Of a stretch of 64,000 nucleotides of DNA, positions 61,960 through 64,000 are shown in pieces. Location: positions 2,464,001 to 2,528,000 of the forward strand of contig CAWDML010000001.1 in the NCBI GenBank assembly GCA_963803435.1, given 5' to 3'. Made by a program: the position numbers and the translations under genes. The stretch's first letter is position 1. Each line of letters begins with the position of its first letter. The notes below the pieces were generated by a model. That model saw nothing but the letters and a program-made list of their open reading frames with translations, was not told the DNA's origin and made no database searches. This stretch comes from an uncultured delta proteobacterium. Lineage in GTDB: Bacteria > Myxococcota > Kuafuiibacteriia > Kuafuiibacteriales > Kuafuiibacteriaceae.

Positions 61960-62888
61960 GGCTGGATGGCCCTGATGGATGGGTCGTCGACCTCCGGACG
62001 ACTCCCGACCCGCTTGGCAGCTTCGTCCTCACGCACGTTGATCACCTTGGTCCTGGCCCGACAGTTCTCGTCGAGCTCGATCTCGCCGCCGAGCAGGTCG
62101 CGGGGTGGCTCGACCACCAGGCCGGCGGTGAAGAGCTCTTCGGCCGTCGGGACCTTGCCGGTCTGGGCGCGCATCGAGGCGCAGGCCTGGTCGTACTTGG
62201 GGAGGATGTAGAGCTCGCTCTTGATGATCGCGATGCGGATCTCGGCGTCCTCCCGGTGAGGTCCCGGAGGGAGCCATTCGAGCATGCTCTCGAGCAGCGA
62301 GAGCGCCTCCTCCGGATTTCCCGCGTGGAGCTTCGACCGCGCCACCAGGGAGGGGACGTACCTCGGCACGTTGGGGAGATGAGCCGATTGCAGCCAGTAG
62401 CTCGAGGCGTCGTCCGGCTTTCCGTGGACGAAGTACGCGTTGTAGCCGAGCAAGAACGGAAACTCCCAACGCTCGGGGAGGTTTCGTGCACCCTTCTTCG
62501 CGAGCCGGTCGGAGGCATCGGTGCGCCGGGAGTACATCGTGAGGACGACGGCCGGATAGTACTGCACCTCGAAGTATTCGGGATCCAGATCGCTCGCGAT
62601 TTCAGACCACCGCTCCAGCCGATCCGCGACCGCAGGGAGGCTCGCCTCGTTGGCACCGAGGTTCTGGACGATCTGCAGCCACACCAGCTCGGCGACCGCG
62701 CTGGCGTGTTGAATCGAGAGGAGGTTCAGGGCCTTCGGTCCGGGTGACGTGATGACATCCCGGGAGAGGGCCGTCTCGCGCCGGGCGCTCGAGAGGCCAT
62801 CGAGCGCCAGCACGCGGGCCGCCACGGTCGTCGCGAAGGCCGCCGTCGCGGTGATCAGCGGGGTGAGGGTGGCGGTGGCGGGGCGCAT
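61956..62888 (-). CDS. pilG: PilG-like TPR accessory protein
   Basis: AELVWLQIVQ, DLDPEY, ERWEFPFLLGYN; between pilins and pilH. Confidence 0.7.
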   Translation of the reverse strand: MRPATATLTPLITATAAFATTVAARVLALDGLSSARRETALSRDVITSPGPKALNLLSIQHASAVAELVWLQIVQNLGANEASLPAVADRLERWSEIASDLDPEYFEVQYYPAVVLTMYSRRTDASDRLAKKGARNLPERWEFPFLLGYNAYFVHGKPDDASSYWLQSAHLPNVPRYVPSLVARSKLHAGNPEEALSLLESMLEWLPPGPHREDAEIRIAIIKSELYILPKYDQACASMRAQTGKVPTAEELFTAGLVVEPPRDLLGGEIELDENCRARTKVINVREDEAAKRVGSRPEVDDPSIRAIQP

Positions 62889-62899
62889 CCCGAGGGATC

Positions 62900-63463
62900 T
62901 TAGAACCGCGCGACGGACAGACGCACTACTTGATCGACAAAAGGACAGGCCGTCCCCAACGGAGTGGGGAGGCCGAGACCGTCGCCGTCGAGGTCGGAGC
63001 AAAACGCGAACTCGGACGCCGCGCCGTCGGCATCGAGATCACCGACTGCAGTACACGAGAAGTTCGACCCGGCACCGGGGTTGTCGACCGCGGCGCACTC
63101 GTACTGGAAGTAGACGCCCGACCCGGTGGTCCGAACGCCGACGTCCTCCATCGACATGGTGTTGCCGGCGCAAAATGCAGTTCCGGCCGGCGAAGCCGCG
63201 GAGAGCCAGGTGCCGCGCTGGCCGGGCACCGGTGCCACAGCCGGCGTCTGCTCCAGGATCGCAAAACAGTCGTGGGTGGCGTAGAGGCTCCACTGGGCGG
63301 TCTTGAGATCGCCCAGGATGAGAGAAGCCTCGGTCTGCTTGGAGCGGAGGCTGTACTCGACGAAGTTGGGAATGGCGATCGCCGCCAGGATGCCGACGAT
63401 CGCCACCACCATCATCAGCTCGATCAGCGTGAACCCACGGCGATGGAGATGTCTTGGGTTCAT
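62900..63463 (-). CDS. Type IVa pilin (second copy)
   Basis: RRG/FTLIELMMVVAIVGILAAIAIPNF; AVGDLDADG. Confidence 0.9.
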   Translation of the reverse strand: MNPRHLHRRGFTLIELMMVVAIVGILAAIAIPNFVEYSLRSKQTEASLILGDLKTAQWSLYATHDCFAILEQTPAVAPVPGQRGTWLSAASPAGTAFCAGNTMSMEDVGVRTTGSGVYFQYECAAVDNPGAGSNFSCTAVGDLDADGAASEFAFCSDLDGDGLGLPTPLGTACPFVDQVVRLSVARF

Positions 63464-63479
63464 CGCGAGCGAGCTCATT

Positions 63480-64000
63480 TCAGAACGAAAGCTCGTTGCA
63501 GTTCACGATCTCACCCGCGGGCAACGCAGCGCCGCAGGGACCCTGCGCCGTGCGTGCGCAGTCGAGGATGCCGGCCGCAATCGCCGGGTCGTTCGACGTC
63601 TGGAACTCGAACTCTCCGTTGACACCGTCCACGTCGAGATCGCCGATCGCGTCCATGCAGTACTCGGGCACGACGCCGGCAGGTTGACCCTGCGTCTCGT
63701 AGGAGTAGTAGACGTCTCCGGCAGGCTCGTACCCGACGCACTGGAACTCGGTGCAGACGGCCGGGGTCACCCGGTTGCAGCCCGCGGGGCACGCAGTGCC
63801 CGGCCACGGAACCTTGCTGCCAGGGCCCGGAGCAGCAGGCTGCGGGGCGAGGGTCGGGTAGATGTCGTACCCAGCCCGGAAGGTCTCCATGTTCGTCTTG
63901 ATGGCGCCCATGTTGGTCTTCGCTTCGGCCGTCTTCGAGCGCAGCTGGTAGCGAATGAAGTTCGGGATGGCGATGGCGGCGAGAATCCCGATGATCGCAA
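63480..64000 (-). CDS. pilA: Type IVa pilin, PilA-like (start beyond window edge)
   Basis: AIIGILAAIAIPNFIRYQLRSKTAEAKTNMGAIKT; AIGDLDVDG. Confidence 0.82.
   Translation of the reverse strand, partial: AIIGILAAIAIPNFIRYQLRSKTAEAKTNMGAIKTNMETFRAGYDIYPTLAPQPAAPGPGSKVPWPGTACPAGCNRVTPAVCTEFQCVGYEPAGDVYYSYETQGQPAGVVPEYCMDAIGDLDVDGVNGEFEFQTSNDPAIAAGILDCARTAQGPCGAALPAGEIVNCNELSF

Overview
High-GC window from a Myxococcota-like bacterium. The taxonomy is inferred from pilD-pilS2-pilR2-pilMNOPQ, mglC-efp, pilGHI, a TIGR02266-like PilZ protein, Ser/Thr kinases and a MYXO-CTERM-like tail. The right third is a type IVa pilus/aro/efp/acc core locus. The left two thirds hold signalling genes, secreted proteins and an anion/redox cluster. 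The main novel signal is two insertion sequences from different families: an IS5/IS427-type element (22469-23697, TTA target duplication) and an IS1182-type element (31276-32634, ATAG target duplication). Both pair a transposase with a four-helix-bundle (TIGR02436/23S-IVP/Avd-like) passenger gene, and both have roughly 65-bp extended inverted ends built from short tandem repeats. A third, decayed copy of the first element's end lies at about 37278-37382. Other oddities are a PolA paralogue with a substituted steric gate and a degenerate 5' nuclease, a plant/Chlamydia-type FabI missed by the ORF track, a DUF2934-L7/L12 fusion, and a Mo-oxidoreductase fused to a TDT transporter tail. Many single-base frameshifts (five in pilM) look like consensus errors. 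All family calls come from motif recognition by eye; no searches were run.
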